Origin: Balanoglossus misakiensis
Lineage: Eukaryota > Animalia > Hemichordata
Length of the DNA stretch: 64,000 nucleotides
NCBI GenBank assembly: GCA_040954595.2
Contig: CM082579.2
Span: 11,025,625 to 11,089,624, forward strand
Direction of reading: 5' to 3'
How positions within the stretch are numbered: the first letter of the stretch is position 1; every line of letters begins with the position of its first letter. The translations under genes were made by a program, and so were the position numbers. Below are positions 38,328-51,793 of the stretch, piece after piece. The notes below the pieces were generated by a model, which searched no databases, had not been told where the DNA came from, and worked only from the letters and a program-made list of their open reading frames with translations.

Positions 38328-40272
38328 ATGGCTGCAGTGAATGCGAGTGTTCCACGCAAACCAGTACGGCGCAAACGTAAGCGTGGTCCAAAGAAAAAAT
38401 ACGTTAAACCATGGAGCGAGGCAAACAAGGCAAAAGCGAAACAGGCACGATACCATCGCTACTACTACCAACCAGTAGATGATGATGATGATGATGGCAA
38501 TTCCAGCATGTATTTTTCTTCCGGTAAGATTGGTCGTTCCGGGGGGGGGGGGGTGGAATTCCACAAAAACATGCACAGTTTCAATCTTCACTTGTTACAT
38601 GTTTTTTCTTGTCTTTTGGGTTATTACAGGTTTAGGAGAAAAGGTCAATTCAGCAATATTGGAAACAGAAGGGTATCCAGAAACTGGTACACACAGAAGA
38701 TCTCGAAGGATAGCAGCATTAGGACTTAGAGGAGAAAAATTGAAACCATCGTGGGAAAATACATGTAGGAAACCTCGTGGCTCTAGCAAGAAGAGTGAAG
38801 TAAGTAGAGATGAATGTCTGCATCATGAAGGTGGCAGTCAACTTAGAAACTGGAAGACTGTAGGAAACACAATCTTCGAGGTCGTAAAGACAGAAGGAAC
38901 AGAAGTTGAAAGAGAAGATGATGAGACTGCAGTGATGAGTAATGGTGGCTCCAAGTCCAAGCACTCCCTTTTCCAACCATTGCCGGAGATTGTTGAAAAT
39001 GACCACAACATGGACAGGGCAAATGACAGCAAGGCAGATGTAAATATTCATGCAGCCAGTTCAGCAAGCAAGAGAGGGTACAAATTCAAAAGTGACAATT
39101 ATGTATTTGAATCCAGTTCTGATGAAGAAACAAATGCGAGAAGTACGGATGGAAACTTTGAAATTCCTGAAGATCACAAATCTGATTCCAGTTCCGATTC
39201 CGCAAAAGAAGAGGACCACAGCGAATCTGAATCTAATGCTGATTCCCTTGTAGAAGAGGAAACAAGGCAGTCGTCAGGGAAACGGAAAATGATGAATTCG
39301 AAGGAAGAAGATGAAGCTCTGGATAAACTGTTGAAATACAAAGGTCTCATTGATGTTTCCATGGATCATTCCGGTGTATTCACGTACGGTTGCAAGGTGT
39401 GTCACTTTTATCATTGCAAGACAGCCAGCGAGTTTCTGAGTCACATGATCTTACACGACGAAGGAAAGTTGCAGTGTGACCAGTGTGAGTTCAACAGTAG
39501 TTCTGCTGAGAAACTAGAACAACACAAAGAGGAACACAAACTGGGGAAACTACAGTGTGATCTCTGTGGGTATACTAGTAACAAAAGGAATTTATTCGAG
39601 CGACACATGTCGAGAGCGCACACTGCAGCGGAAGACAAGAAATTCGTCTGTTCCTTTGAAGGATGTCGCAGCAGGTTTGTGGATCGAATCCTGTTAACAA
39701 ATCACCAGAAGTTTCACCGAGAGAAAAGATATCTATGCCACTGCTGCGGTAAGCTTTACTACATCCACGCCCAGCTTAAAGACCACATCGCCGCAGAGCA
39801 TGAGAAGACGGGGAGTGCGCGAAGTCTGGGGTGCAAGATATGTGGTAAGAAATATCTCAGGAAAAGTCTGAAAATGCACGAGAGGAGGCACCTCAATCAC
39901 CGACCCTTGAAATGTCAGTACTGTGACAAGAGGTTCAACGATCGTCAGCAACAGATGAATCACGAGAGAACACATACTGGGGATAAACCCTTCCAATGTC
40001 AATTCTGTGACTTCCGAGCAGCCAAGAGTTCTCAGGTTGAGTCGCATACAAGAACGCACACCGGCCGGAAACCCTACAAATGCACAGAGTGTCACTATGC
40101 AGCTACTTGGAACGTTCAGCTGAAATCTCACATGAATGCCCATTCATCCGCGACAGCCGTGACGTGTGATCTCTGCAATGTGGTTTTTATCAATGAGACG
40201 TCGCTGAAGCGTCATAACAAGAAGGCTGCTGTCCTGCATGAGCAACTCATGAAATCTGCTACTTCTGTGTAG
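38328..40272 (+). CDS. C2H2 zinc-finger protein (~612 aa, ~10 fingers) with basic NLS-like N-terminus and acidic middle
   Basis: Exon 38328-38523 (aaacATGg; RRKRKRGPKKK), phase-1 intron, exon 38630-40272; tandem CxxC..H..H fingers with HTGDKPF/HTGRKPY linkers. Confidence 0.88.
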
Positions 40273-40278
40273 TAAATA

Positions 40279-40484
40279 CTGTAAAACAATTTATTTTCGC
40301 GAGTTGAAATTTTCGCGATATCGAGAGAGGCCACTGTTTCTGGAGTATTAATTTCGCGTTCTCTTATTTCATTCACTGCATCGTTATCTTCAAAAATAAT
40401 TTAGTGACTTCTTATTTTCATGCTATTTTGGCTCTCGCGTATTTCACGAAAATTTATTGCTCGCGAAAATAAAGTGTTTTACAG
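40279..40484. mobile_element. TA-flanked MITE (Tc1/mariner-like) just after the zinc-finger stop codon
   Basis: ta-CTGTAAAACAATTTATTTTCGCGAG ... CTCGCGAAAATAAAGTGTTTTACAG-ta. Confidence 0.75.
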
Positions 40485-41962
40485 TATTGTCCTGTGTGGC
40501 CCTTGCATAATATAAGTCCTTAGCCAGTGAAAAATGAATTGTGTGGTTCCTGATAGCGTGACCTACTCTATTTCTAACTTTTTTTCTGGTTACGTCAACA
40601 GAAGTTTTGAAAAATCTGCTGTAAAGAAAGTTTGAAAAGGCAGTTCATCATGTGAGACTTGGAATGCCATCTATAAAACAAAGACATGTTGTGATAATCA
40701 TAAATATTGACCACTTCCCAAAAAATTATTCTGGCTATATTTGGAATGATTAGCAAGCAATGGAGTCTCCCTGTGTCTGGTATATCTATGTAATTTTTTA
40801 TCTGCACAGTGCAAGTGGGTTCATACTTTGCGACTACACTGTTGCTTAACACATTGACAAGATCCCAAAAGTGTTGGCTAATGTCAATTTTATTATGTTG
40901 TACTGTTCTTATCAGTGCTGCTACTAGAATGAGTGTAAGAAATTCTGAGGCTATTAGTGACTGTAGCATTGATGACGGCTGATGTGTAGATTACTTGTGT
41001 ACTCAAACTTGAAGTTGATATTTTTTTTTAAATATTTTTTAAGAAGTCACAATAAAATTTAAACTAAAATTCAAGGAACTATAATTGTTTTCCTCTTGTT
41101 CAAGTTGGCTTCAATTTAATGATAATTTTCTTTGGGCTTCTTCATAGCATCGCTTTCCCCTCAAATAGACTTCAGCAGGATAGAAATAAATTGATGTTTG
41201 CTATAAAACTGAGACCCACAGCAAAAGTCTGTACCATACATACTTGTCAACGAAGGCATATAGTGCATAATTTGAACAGGAGCGAGAGTATATATAATGT
41301 TTCAAACATGAAAATTTACAATCAAAATCAAGGCACTTGAGGATGCTCCTTAGAAATTTGGGGATTTTAGGTTCCCAAGTCATAAAGGACGATCTGGCTT
41401 TTGTGTTCAAAATTACCGTTATGGTACACCACTCTGTGATGTTTGTCTGGGAAAATGTCTGTGGGGAAAGTGTTGTAATCAATAAAAGCATGCAAATAAT
41501 GTCGTTATATGGATGTCAATCACATCCTACATGTAGCTTGCAGTGATTGGTTTGATCATGGATGCTGTAACTGTTCTTGTGTGAAGATGTAGCAATGCAT
41601 GTGACTCTTCAATTAGATTTACCCAATTGAGTGAAGTGAGTACGGTGACCCAGGTTTTACAACTGTAAATTCCGTGCAAAGTTGAATACCAATGTCAACC
41701 AAGTTCTTACAAAATTAGAGTTCAAAAGAAATCTCTGAAAGTCCTCATCAGACAAAATTGGTTCAATCTTGATGTGATTGATTTCATTAGAGGTTCGAGG
41801 TGAAAGAGTACAGAACCCTCACCCCCCACCCTGGATACAAAGGGAATGAATAACTCCTTTGTGTTCACAAGATTAGCACAGATCAAAATAATAGCATTTC
41901 TATCACAATTGCAATTCATCATTGTTCTAGTCATCATGATAGCGACAGAGAGCTTGACAGTG

Positions 41963-44900
41963 TCATTTCCCAGTATATCCATCGATGGTCAGGTGATAAT
42001 TTCTCTGTATCAAGTTGGAAGCATGCTCTTGCATATCCGAAACGAAGCTGGTCATGGCTGACAGCTGCACTGAGTTATCGATGTAGATGCGTACCATAGT
42101 CTTGAGGTCCCAGGGTGGCAGTAGCGTTCCAATTGTCATGTAACGATTGGCGTGTGCTGATCTGCTGACATGTTGTGCTTCCCACACTTTTTTACAGCAA
42201 GACATCTGTTGAGAATAATCAAACCAATGTCCAATCTGATTGAAATCCCATGTAGGGTACGACGACATCTTTTACCTACGCAATGGCGTATTTCTATGCT
42301 GTCGTGAGGCAAAAGCATAAAAATACCGTACTAAACATGTAGACAGAATATGACTATTATTCTCTTTTGGCTCAAAATATCTATTTTTCGGAAACTGCTT
42401 TAAGTGCTTATCCAGTTTTTGTTAGTCGGGTAAAGGTGCCAGGTGCTTCTCCATCAGATTTATTCATTGATCATCTCATAAATGTGAACTCTTCGTAAAT
42501 AGTTATACATGTATTGTAACCGAAGGTGTCTTTGTGGGTTTCTGTGAGAGATTGAATGGACCAATTATGAAATGGCATCAGTGTCACACGCCCTCAACGG
42601 CAGAAAGTACAATCTGCAATAGTATTAGTTTTAGCGGATAGAACGGTACTCACACGACAGCATCTTCGGGAACAAGACTTAAAACAGCAGCAAATACTTT
42701 CCCAGAATTGCGAGCAGCAGGGTTTGTAGCCTGTAAGCCTGGATTGACTCTTGATACCAGAGGTTGTGTGCAGTTCAATTCCAAGAATTCCTTCCAGTGG
42801 GATACTTTGAAAGTGGAGTGTGTCGCCAACAAACGTTGACAGTTTGTAGTTCTGCGGTTTGCCTGTTTGTTGGTCGAGTAACTCGCCTTCCAGAGAACAA
42901 ACTGACAAAAAAAACAGGAGAAAAAAACCCACTGCTTTCAGGGACTGTTCAGAATTTACTTCGGGGGGATTTTCAGAGGGACCACCCATTTTCTCCAAGA
43001 AAAATTAGGGGGGGGGGACCAGACATAAAAATCACAATCCTTTAGGGGGGACCATGGAAAAAATCCCAGGAAATTTAAGGAGGGGGGGGCACAGATTTCC
43101 TCCACAAAATAAAAAAATCCTTCGGCCCACCCTGGAAGTAAATTCTGAACAGTCCCTAAAGGTTGCAGTGAAGGATTGTTCATGGTATCGCGATATCTTA
43201 CAGGTCTCATGTCTTGTCCGCCATGCCGAAACAATCCTTTCCTCATGTCAAAACACCCTTTTCTGACGTCATACAACAAAACCCTACATGATGTGCGTGT
43301 ATAATAGTCTTGTATCATACATGTACATACATGATCTAAGGTTGGCCTTACCCGATGCTTCCTCTGCCGACAACAAGAGAAGTCTTTTATTTGTCAAGTA
43401 AGCTCGTCCCTGGGTCATTGACCCTTTCCCAGAAAGTGAGCTTCCATCAGGGTCCCTGAAAGATACGCCCTTGTAATAGATGTACGCATTATTAGCAACC
43501 AGTGTCTCTCCTTTCGTCACTAATTCTGAAAGAGAAAAATAAGCACTATTCAAATTCACTAGTCTACTAGTTAATGCACAATATTCGATAACTTTTTTCA
43601 TCCATTTTTATTATTTATGCATTGTTTATATTGTATCGTTATGTTTGTGCGGTGTAGAACTAGAAGAAGTCCGCCTTATTGGCTGAAAGTGTGAAATAAC
43701 GTGCTTTTCGTCTTTTTTCCAACACGACCGTAACTCACTGGTTAACATGTCTTCGTAAGGAATACTGTTGAGGTCTTTGAAGAATTGGCTGGCGGTATCG
43801 TTGTACATTTCACACGCCGTTTCTTTGATCACATTCTCCAAAAAGGGATGACTTCTGTGCAGTCGGGTCATGGTGGAGAAGACCTCCGAGGAGACGTCGT
43901 CAAACATGTCTAAGGTGAACGCCCTCGGCACATCGGACAGGTGACTTCTAGGCTGTGACGTCACTACATTGTTGGAGTTCACGACCGTTTGGTACTTTCT
44001 TGGACTGGCCACTTCTTGAGCTTGACCTCTGTTACTTGTGCTAGCGTCCTGAAGAACAAAAAGAACAATACTGCACATTTTGGTCTACTGGGGGGAGATA
44101 AGAATGATAAAATAATCAGACTATCAAACAGCGCAGACAAAAACTTAATTATATTTTTGTCTACTAAACTGTTTCAGTCTTTGTAGATGAGGAAAATGTG
44201 TGATTTTGTTCGACCGCAATCAAGGTGAAGATAATCCTATCTTCCTAATTTATAATGGGGTGAAAGACTGACGAAAGACGTTAGTTTTGACCAAATAGAT
44301 ATTTTGTCACTGCGACGTGACTTTTAGAAATCTTCAGTCTGACAGAAGTGATGTATACGTCTTTACGAAATACTTTCCGCCGACAATTACAAAAACCCCA
44401 CTTTTATTTGAAGTGTCCCAGACTCCCTGCAATATTATCGTCTCTTGGTTTTTGTATAACATTCCGATGGTGGGTAGTAGGCGTTTAATGGTCTGAGTTA
44501 TGAAGCAGACATGTGCGTTTATATACACGTGTTTTATAATTTCGTCCAAGGGTACCTTATATTAAGCGAAAGATCTGGTGAAAAGAACGTCAAGTTGTTT
44601 CGAGGATCATGGGTGTAGGAATATGCTTCAAATTAAAATTTACTGAATGTTTTGAAATATGAATATGATTAATCTAATCTAATATTCACGGATTATTGCA
44701 GATTAACGCTTTCCACCATCTGCGCCAAACGTATGCGCTTTCTTGACTCTGATCTCCCAGCCAAGTGGCGGCATTAAAGGCACATAAGCTGTAACTTTTG
44801 GGATAATTTTCATAATTTTTGTTTCCAACTGCACTACCATTAGTCCATGCAGATGAAGGCAGTGAACTATACACAAGCATTATAAACCCTAAATATGAGT

Positions 44901-45885
44901 GCATATGCAAGTTTTAACCAGATAAATAATAAAGCTTTGCCGCAAGCGATTATGGCCGCCACCGTGGGAAAAGGCAAGAAACAATGAAAATGTTGCATTT
45001 CCGGTTGTGAAACTTCATAAACAAAACATGATCTCATCCACTTGAGCTCATGGAGGTAAATGTACACCACTGAGACATCAGATTTTCATTTTTCATTGCA
45101 ATATTGCACTTTTTTTAAAATTGCAGGAATTTTCATTTTTCTTCAATTTTTGGCCATTTTGTCATAAATAAGTGTTGAGCTTGATATATTATCATGAAAT
45201 ATCATTTAATAGACATAATTAAAAGCATATATGAGATTATTTAAAACTTTAATTTTTTTATCCAGTTGCAGCTTACGTGCCTTTAATACCAAAACATATA
45301 AATAAATAACCCGATCCTTGATAATTGATAACCCTGCGGATCAAAGTATAGCAAATGAAAATCCATCATTGGAAATAATATGTCAATGGTTAATCTTTAA
45401 ATGGAACAAATAAACGATGCCAGTTTGTGAGCAGAAGACCAGCCAGGCGTCGTTTGATCAGAAGTCAACCGCCGGGCCCGGGTCTCAAAGTAGACATTTT
45501 AGACAAGACAACAAGCGTTCTCCTTTTAATTTTTATTGCACTTATTTATACTTATCAAGCCAACTCTAAAATAACCACAACTATACTGACCATTGACCCG
45601 CGGGGAATGATTTTTCGTCTTAACTATATAGTTGGAAGTAATTTCATTTCTCGCATCCATAAAGTTATCATGATTACGATAGTTGTATATGTATAGATTT
45701 CAGATCGCGTACCATGACATAACTCCAGGGATTTTTTTCCTTCTAAGTCGCCAACCTACCGCTTTTTCGTCGACACAGCCCGGAATGCTGCTTTCAATCG
45801 CCGCTTCGCCGGCCTCGTTGTCACGGCCGCTCTTCGTCGCCAGTTCTGTGTATTCCTCATGGGATGAAATCATGGGTCCTTCCAT
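41963..45885 (-). CDS. Uncharacterised protein (~366 aa) with a PH/GRAM-like motif and a Cys-rich segment
   Basis: Phase-consistent exons 45885-45760, 44048-43739, 43525-43352 (QGRAYLTNKRLLLLS), 42901-42654 (PCCSQFWESICCCFKSCSRRCCR), 42205-41963 (MSCCKK..LLPPWD..*). The first coding exon is uncertain. Confidence 0.7.
42941..43156. mobile_element. PIF/Harbinger-like MITE
   Basis: tca-GGGACTGTTCAGAATTTACTTC ... GAAGTAAATTCTGAACAGTCCC-taa. Confidence 0.7.
44778..45282. mobile_element. TTAA-flanked non-autonomous DNA transposon (Kolobok-like)
   Basis: ttaa-AGGCACATAAGCTGTAACT ... AGTTGCAGCTTACGTGCCT-ttaa; related ends at ~33540, ~48176 and ~48790. Confidence 0.7.
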
Positions 45886-47510
45886 TGCTATGAAACTGGC
45901 AACTTTGTCTGCTTGGACTACGTCTATTGCTGTTGGAGTCAGCGAGCTGTGTCTCCCAGTGCACGGCTGCAAAGTACACGATCGAGACGGGTCAGTGTAA
46001 CGCTAGCTATAGTGTTAGTTCTAGTTGAAAATAGCAATTTTAAACCATAGCTTAGGAGCACTCGTCGCAAATGATGCGTACTTTCTCAAGGAACATGAAA
46101 CCTCACTTACACTGATCGTCAAATTGAACTGCGCCTGTTGGAGTGTGGACGGCTATATGGTCTATAAGTAATGATCCCGCGGTGGACACGTACATCTCTT
46201 TCGTTTTGTCGCATCCAGACAATATCCATGGCGACGGTTTATTATTACGTGCAGTTAAATATTACCAAATGATATCCCATCGATAACCCCATTAATTTAT
46301 ATCTGTCCGACTATCCACGTAAAAGCATCGAGTTAATCAATGATTACGTCGAAAAGATAATTGTTGACGATACATGCATTTCAACCTGTTGCATGCTTTA
46401 CACGCAATGCAAGGCTTTCCCCTCTCCAGGAAAAAATATCGCCATAATTTAGGTTCCGTCAATGTATGCCTATTTCTCGCCTCAGATGGTAAAATCTTTC
46501 TACCGGCCGATTGATTGTTGTTGTTGCTATAGCTACCATCCATGACATGACATGTCATGTCTTCTCACACCGAAGTCCTACAGTGTTAGATAGAGTTATA
46601 ACACGTACGTGCTGATAAATTCGGCGCCCATCGATGCGCTGTATCTCACGAATTTCGTGAATCTGGCATATTGATGAACCAATGAGATATGAACATAGAT
46701 ACAACAATTAAAATCAGGACACAAGCGATGACGTCAACATATGTGCTGATGACAGTTTTGGAATCAAACCAAGAAATTGAATTGCGATGATAAAAAAGCA
46801 TGTTTCCGAAGATTTCTTTCAAATTGTCTTATTTGAATGATAAACGTTCGTCTTGCGATTTTTACGCACAAGAATGGAAAATATGCCACTTTAATCATCG
46901 GAAAAATCTTTAACTATTTATTGGATGTACATGTACATCGGCGGTGGAGAAATAACCAGTGTGCGGCACTTCACGTGAAGGATCAACTTGGTCAACGTAG
47001 GCTCCATGAACGTCCACGTACGCGAAGTTAAGTCGGCCCTGCCCCCCCCCCCCCTCCCTACCGGCGGGGCCAAACTAAATCGGCCTTGGGCCGACTGAGC
47101 GTGTCCACATTGGTTTTTGTACACCGAGTTTGGTGTGAACCCCTTCTTGATTAGAGAGATCCATGCCCATGATGGGAGGCTTTGGGGAGCGTCCTGTGCA
47201 TATTCTTACGTGTGACCGGTAATAATCCAGAACATACTCGGAAAACATATTGCAAATTTCTGCCATAATTCCACAGTGGGTGTATTGAGAATGTCACTTA
47301 AGATCTAGCTCTCGACACAAGTTGTCTTAGGCCTATGTCAGCCTGAGATTTTCTGGTGTCTCTTTCTCTGTGTTTTATGTCCAGTCTCTATATATTTCCC
47401 AGCCGGATTTTCATAAAAGTGAAATTAAAAAGGAAAGTGGCTGTCGCGCGGGGGGGGGGGGGGTAGCTCTTTGTCTAGCATGCTAAAATAAAAGACGAAT
47501 GTTTACCTAC

Positions 47511-47594
47511 TTTTAGTAGATCATTCGGTGTCAACTCCTCAGCCTCCGTCTCCGCAACGGTGCAGTTGGTCTCGTCCTCACACACAGTTTCCAT
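47511..47594 (-). CDS. Candidate alternative first coding exon of the minus-strand PH/GRAM-like gene
   Basis: gagATGg start, METVCEDETNCTVAETEAEELTPNDLLK, phase-0 donor gtaggt; compatible with the phase-0 acceptor at 44048. Confidence 0.4.
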
Positions 47595-49340
47595 CTCCTC
47601 CGATAATATGTCAACACTGACGACCGGCGTCACAGTATAGTCTTTGTATCCGCGACAGGATAGCGGAGAAGTGCAGTGATTAACTGTCCTAGGCTTATTT
47701 CTGTCGGACGCCCAGCCACCACTCAGTCCATTGCAGCGTACGATCGCGACCTCGAAAACACAATATTGTGTGTCGTAACACTACGGTCATTATGGCACCA
47801 TTGATGATCAATGAATTGTTACGAAGGGCGTAAAAAGAAGGCCTCCATTGCCACGATGAAAATGACATAATTTCAAGTCGAATGCCTATTTTCAATTCGA
47901 AAGTCTATTTGATGTCGTATTTTTTTTTATTTTTTGGTAAGTCTACAGTTTCCAATACAGGTCCTTTAATAACACATCGTCTGTAAAATCAGGGACTCTG
48001 GCCACACACACACGCAAACCAGAACCAAAACTATGCAGACAAAGCGTTTGGATCAATACCCCAATGATTAGTGTTTTTTGTGTCGCCTCATAAAATCTGT
48101 CATGTTGTCATTCACCAGTAGGTATAGGATAGACTATTGCCTACTGGCAAGGCACCATAAAAGTGTTCTTAAAAGTTAAAGCCCCATGAGCTGCAACTTT
48201 TAAATAATTGTCATGACATCAATCCGACGTCACATTGATGTCATCGTGACATCTCAACTATAGAGCAGGGGGAGTGGGAATTATATGTGTAAAACGTGGA
48301 GGGGGGAGGGTCAGTCCTGAGCTGTTATCCGGGCATGCGTGGTCTTTTAGCGTGTCTCCACGATCCTCTGTTCTGGGCTCTCTCGCGATGTCGGCTCTGT
48401 ATCCCCGTTTTATTCCCCACTCTCTCCTATTGTCTTATCGCACGTGTATGCCAATCATGTTATGAATACTTAATTGAGGAGGACTGTGGCGCCAGGTTCG
48501 TTTGTCACCAGTATGGGACATCTTTATAACAGTGTGAATTGGTGATTTTGGATGGAATTTCTGGCGTTCCAACAGCCCATATCCAACGTCAGATTAATGT
48601 CATGACATAATCTTGGATTTTAGAAATTTTAAAACTATCCGACGGACGATACAATGCGGTTTTGTTTGTTACGCATAGCAACAGAATTCTGTAAATAAAT
48701 GTGAATTAAGGCGTCAGAAGGGCATACGATAAACGAAAATTCACTGAAATTCCCCTTACCTTACAATTCTGGTCGGTTGTGCTTTGCTTTAATGGCTCAT
48801 GAACTGCAACTCGATAAAAAAAATTAAACTTTAAATTATTTCGGATATGATTTCAATTCTGTTATCACATACATAGCTCCGCATATTACCATAGTATGAC
48901 GTCAGAAGTAGGGTAATATGGACCAAGCGTTATTGTTATTACCATCCCTCTGACGTCACCAACCGGAACTACTAGTATTTTAAACGTGTAAAGAAAGCCC
49001 CCTTCAGACGGCAAAACTCAGTGCAAGTGTTAGTTTTATTTCGATATAAAACGTAAGCAAAGATCAATAAAATATTTCATATGTGTAATTATAATATACC
49101 TCATGCTAATACTGTGTCGTGATTCGCCAGAATCCGTCACGTGATAGGAAAATAGAATCGACTATGAATCCCTAGGGAAATAGCAGAACAAATATAAACC
49201 GGTCACGTGACCAACGTGGTCACGTCAATCAGCGTCGTCTGACACAATGGCCACCGCTGAAGATGTCGTCTGCCAACCTCAAGAGAAAATTGCAAGATTT
49301 TCCCAACTGTTAGCATGAGGTTTATTATAAAACACCTATG

Positions 49341-49510
49341 GCCTGGCCTATATTCGGGCCATAGCAGCCGTTTTACCCCCTTGTGGCTGTGAGTTACCAG
49401 AATCATATGCTATTTCCCTCGGCCTACGACCTCGGGAAATAGCATGAGATTCTGGTAACTCACAGCCCCTTGTGGGTAATAAACGGCTGCTATGGCCCTC
49501 ATGGCCAGGC
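49341..49510. repeat. Hairpin-forming palindromic element
   Basis: gggccatagcagccgttt...gttaccagaatc / gattctggtaac...aaacggctgctatggccc, with core ctcggcctacgacctcg. Confidence 0.7.
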
Positions 49511-49605
49511 AATACATATAGACGATCGACAAGTAGTGTTACCTGTGTACCTTTGTTACGCACCAACATGCACCTGCAAAACTGTGGTCGGGAGCATAAC
49601 CTAAA

Positions 49606-49800
49606 ACGAAGGAAAGCGAAGGACGCTGATATCCCCATATTTTAGGGCGAAGGACGAGGTTTTCTGTATACTGGAGGCAGAAGGACAGGTTTAGCTCAGT
49701 AATTAAAGCCGAAGGACAGGTTTAGCTCCGTAATATAGGCCGAAGGAAAGCGAAGGACGCTGATTTATCCATATTTTAGGGCGAAGGAAAGCAAAGGACA
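49606..49800. repeat. Short tandem sub-repeats (cgaaggaaagcgaaggac...)
   Basis: Repeated cgaaggaaagcgaaggacgctgat, gaaggacaggtttagctc and catattttagggcgaagga. Confidence 0.6.
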
Positions 49801-49964
49801 GTGATATCTACATATCAGTTCCAACGTGGCTGTCACCACGCCGGAAGACGGAGATCCAGTCTGTCTTTCGATACCACCGGAAGTTTTCAGTTGCCATGAC
49901 AATCTAGAGGAAGACGTCACAAATCGGGATGATGCCAGCGAGGAATCTGGAACAAGTCACAAAG

Positions 49965-50420
49965 TAGTCTCGGTTACCCAGACGCCTTTGCTCTTCCGAT
50001 GCTCTCCAGAAAAGGGTCTGGGGAAATGCTATTGAAAGCTTTGTAAAACAAAATGGCCGATGTCAGGATTTTGATCATCGCCTGATTGGCTGAGCTGTCA
50101 GTATGACCCGGGTCACTGACTCTCGACAATGTGTGATTATTTGTCGTATCTTCATATCAAGAGACCGGTACTTGTTGGTTGATGCGAAAGGCAAAAGGCG
50201 TCCTCTGTTAGCATTGTTGGAGAAATTATATGAAATATCTTTGGTAGACGATTGTCGAAACTATTGCAGTGACCCGGGTCGTACTGACAGCTCAGCCAAT
50301 CAGGCGATGATCAAAATCCTGACATCGGCCATTTTGTTTTACAAAGCTTTCAATAGCATTTCCCCAGACCCTTTTCTGGAGAGCATCGGAAGAGCAAAGG
50401 CGTCTGGGTAACCGAGACTA
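49965..50420. mobile_element. Young non-autonomous DNA transposon with ~154-bp TIRs and 9-bp TSD (AcademH- or Mutator-like)
   Basis: gtcacaaag-TAGTCTCGGTTACCCAGACG ... CGTCTGGGTAACCGAGACTA-gtcacaaag; the TIRs differ at one position by eye. Confidence 0.88.
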
Positions 50421-51793
50421 GTCACAAAGTGAAGTTCCACTATAGGGAAAACATAAGAACATTTACACTAATTTATTTGTACAGAGAGGGTTGATATATG
50501 AATGAGCTGGTCTCTCTTTTGTCCGGAATCCAATTCATGTGAAACGAAGACTGATGTGAAGATCCAACACTGCAGGATTTTCCACAAGAGTGACAATACT
50601 GTTACATGGCTCTTTCTTTTGCTGATAGCCATTTGTAGTCTTCATGGATGCAGTCCAGGTCTTGGAGAAAGAGAGAGAAAGAAAAAGTGTGTGTCTCTCT
50701 GTATGTGTGGAGTTCTTTTGTGTGCCTGCCAACAACAAATCAGACATGTCTCACCCGATTTTGCTCAATCTTGGCAGGAGGACAGTGTGACTGTGAATTT
50801 GTAAACTTCATTTACTCATAGGACCCTTTGCTGTTACAAGACCATACATGAAAGTCTTGTGTGTTGTTGTTTTTCTGCTGGTGTAGATGTGTTACAGGAC
50901 AGTCAAAAGAGACCATTTGGGCCCAGAACATCAGACGTAGTCCAGGCATTCAGTCAAATAATACAGGTTGCAATGCACTGTACTCTGGGTGTAATAATTA
51001 ATGATAAAAACCTCAACATACACATCCAGTTATCGCACCATGGTTCACTCTGAATTCTTATTGGACTTTTGACTCGGCAACACATTGTTGCCAAATTTAC
51101 ACGATTGACAAGGAAATCAAAACAACATGTGTTTTATTACTCGGCGTATCACTAATGCCGCCGTGCCGGGGAGGTCCGTTTGCGCTGATTGCATCACCTG
51201 GCACGTCCTGTACAAGAGCTGGACGTCTCCTATGTCAATTACGGCCAATGACGCCAGGGTTAACACTTGAAAAGGCAATTTCAACAATCAGTTTTGCGTT
51301 GTTGCGACTTGCCAAAAGTTCGCTGATCTTTGGTGATTCGTAGATGTTCTATTTTACATGTCACGGTCGGGAATTCAAATTAAAAATCCCAAATAGTCGC
51401 CCACCAGCCAAAAAATCACCCATGAGCGATGTTTTGGATGGGCGAATTATCAGTAAAACCCGGTACACATGAGTGTTTTCGAATAAATTTTCAGATTAAA
51501 TATTGACACGACAAAATGAAAGAGTTTGGGTGGTACTGGAGCTGACCCACACTGATTTGCATACAATACTTCAAGGCGGATGTAAATGTTTTGTCGCGTG
51601 AATTGTTTATCACAACATGGTCATATCCCATCACTTAAAGATTTTGGGGTCGCAACATGGCCATCCCAACTTCAGATTTTGAGATGGCTCAACTGGTTTT
51701 GACTGCTGTTACGGTTTGAAAGAGGCACACAGACAGATGTATAGACAGTATGCATTAGATCCGTGTTGTCCTCGAACGCTCGAATTTTTAGGT

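Noticed and set aside
38479-38629. Poly-Met start of the 597-aa ORF
   Set aside because: It is the (GAT)n Asp run of exon 1 read in another frame plus intron sequence; the likely start is ATG 38328.
49606-49800. CRISPR-like repeat-spacer pattern
   Set aside because: Irregular degenerate sub-repeats with no unique constant-length spacers, eukaryotic context and no cas genes.
51150-51345. Coding-looking GC-richer patch on the minus strand (contains DVPG)
   Set aside because: Internal stop, no splice-consistent exon and no recognisable homology.
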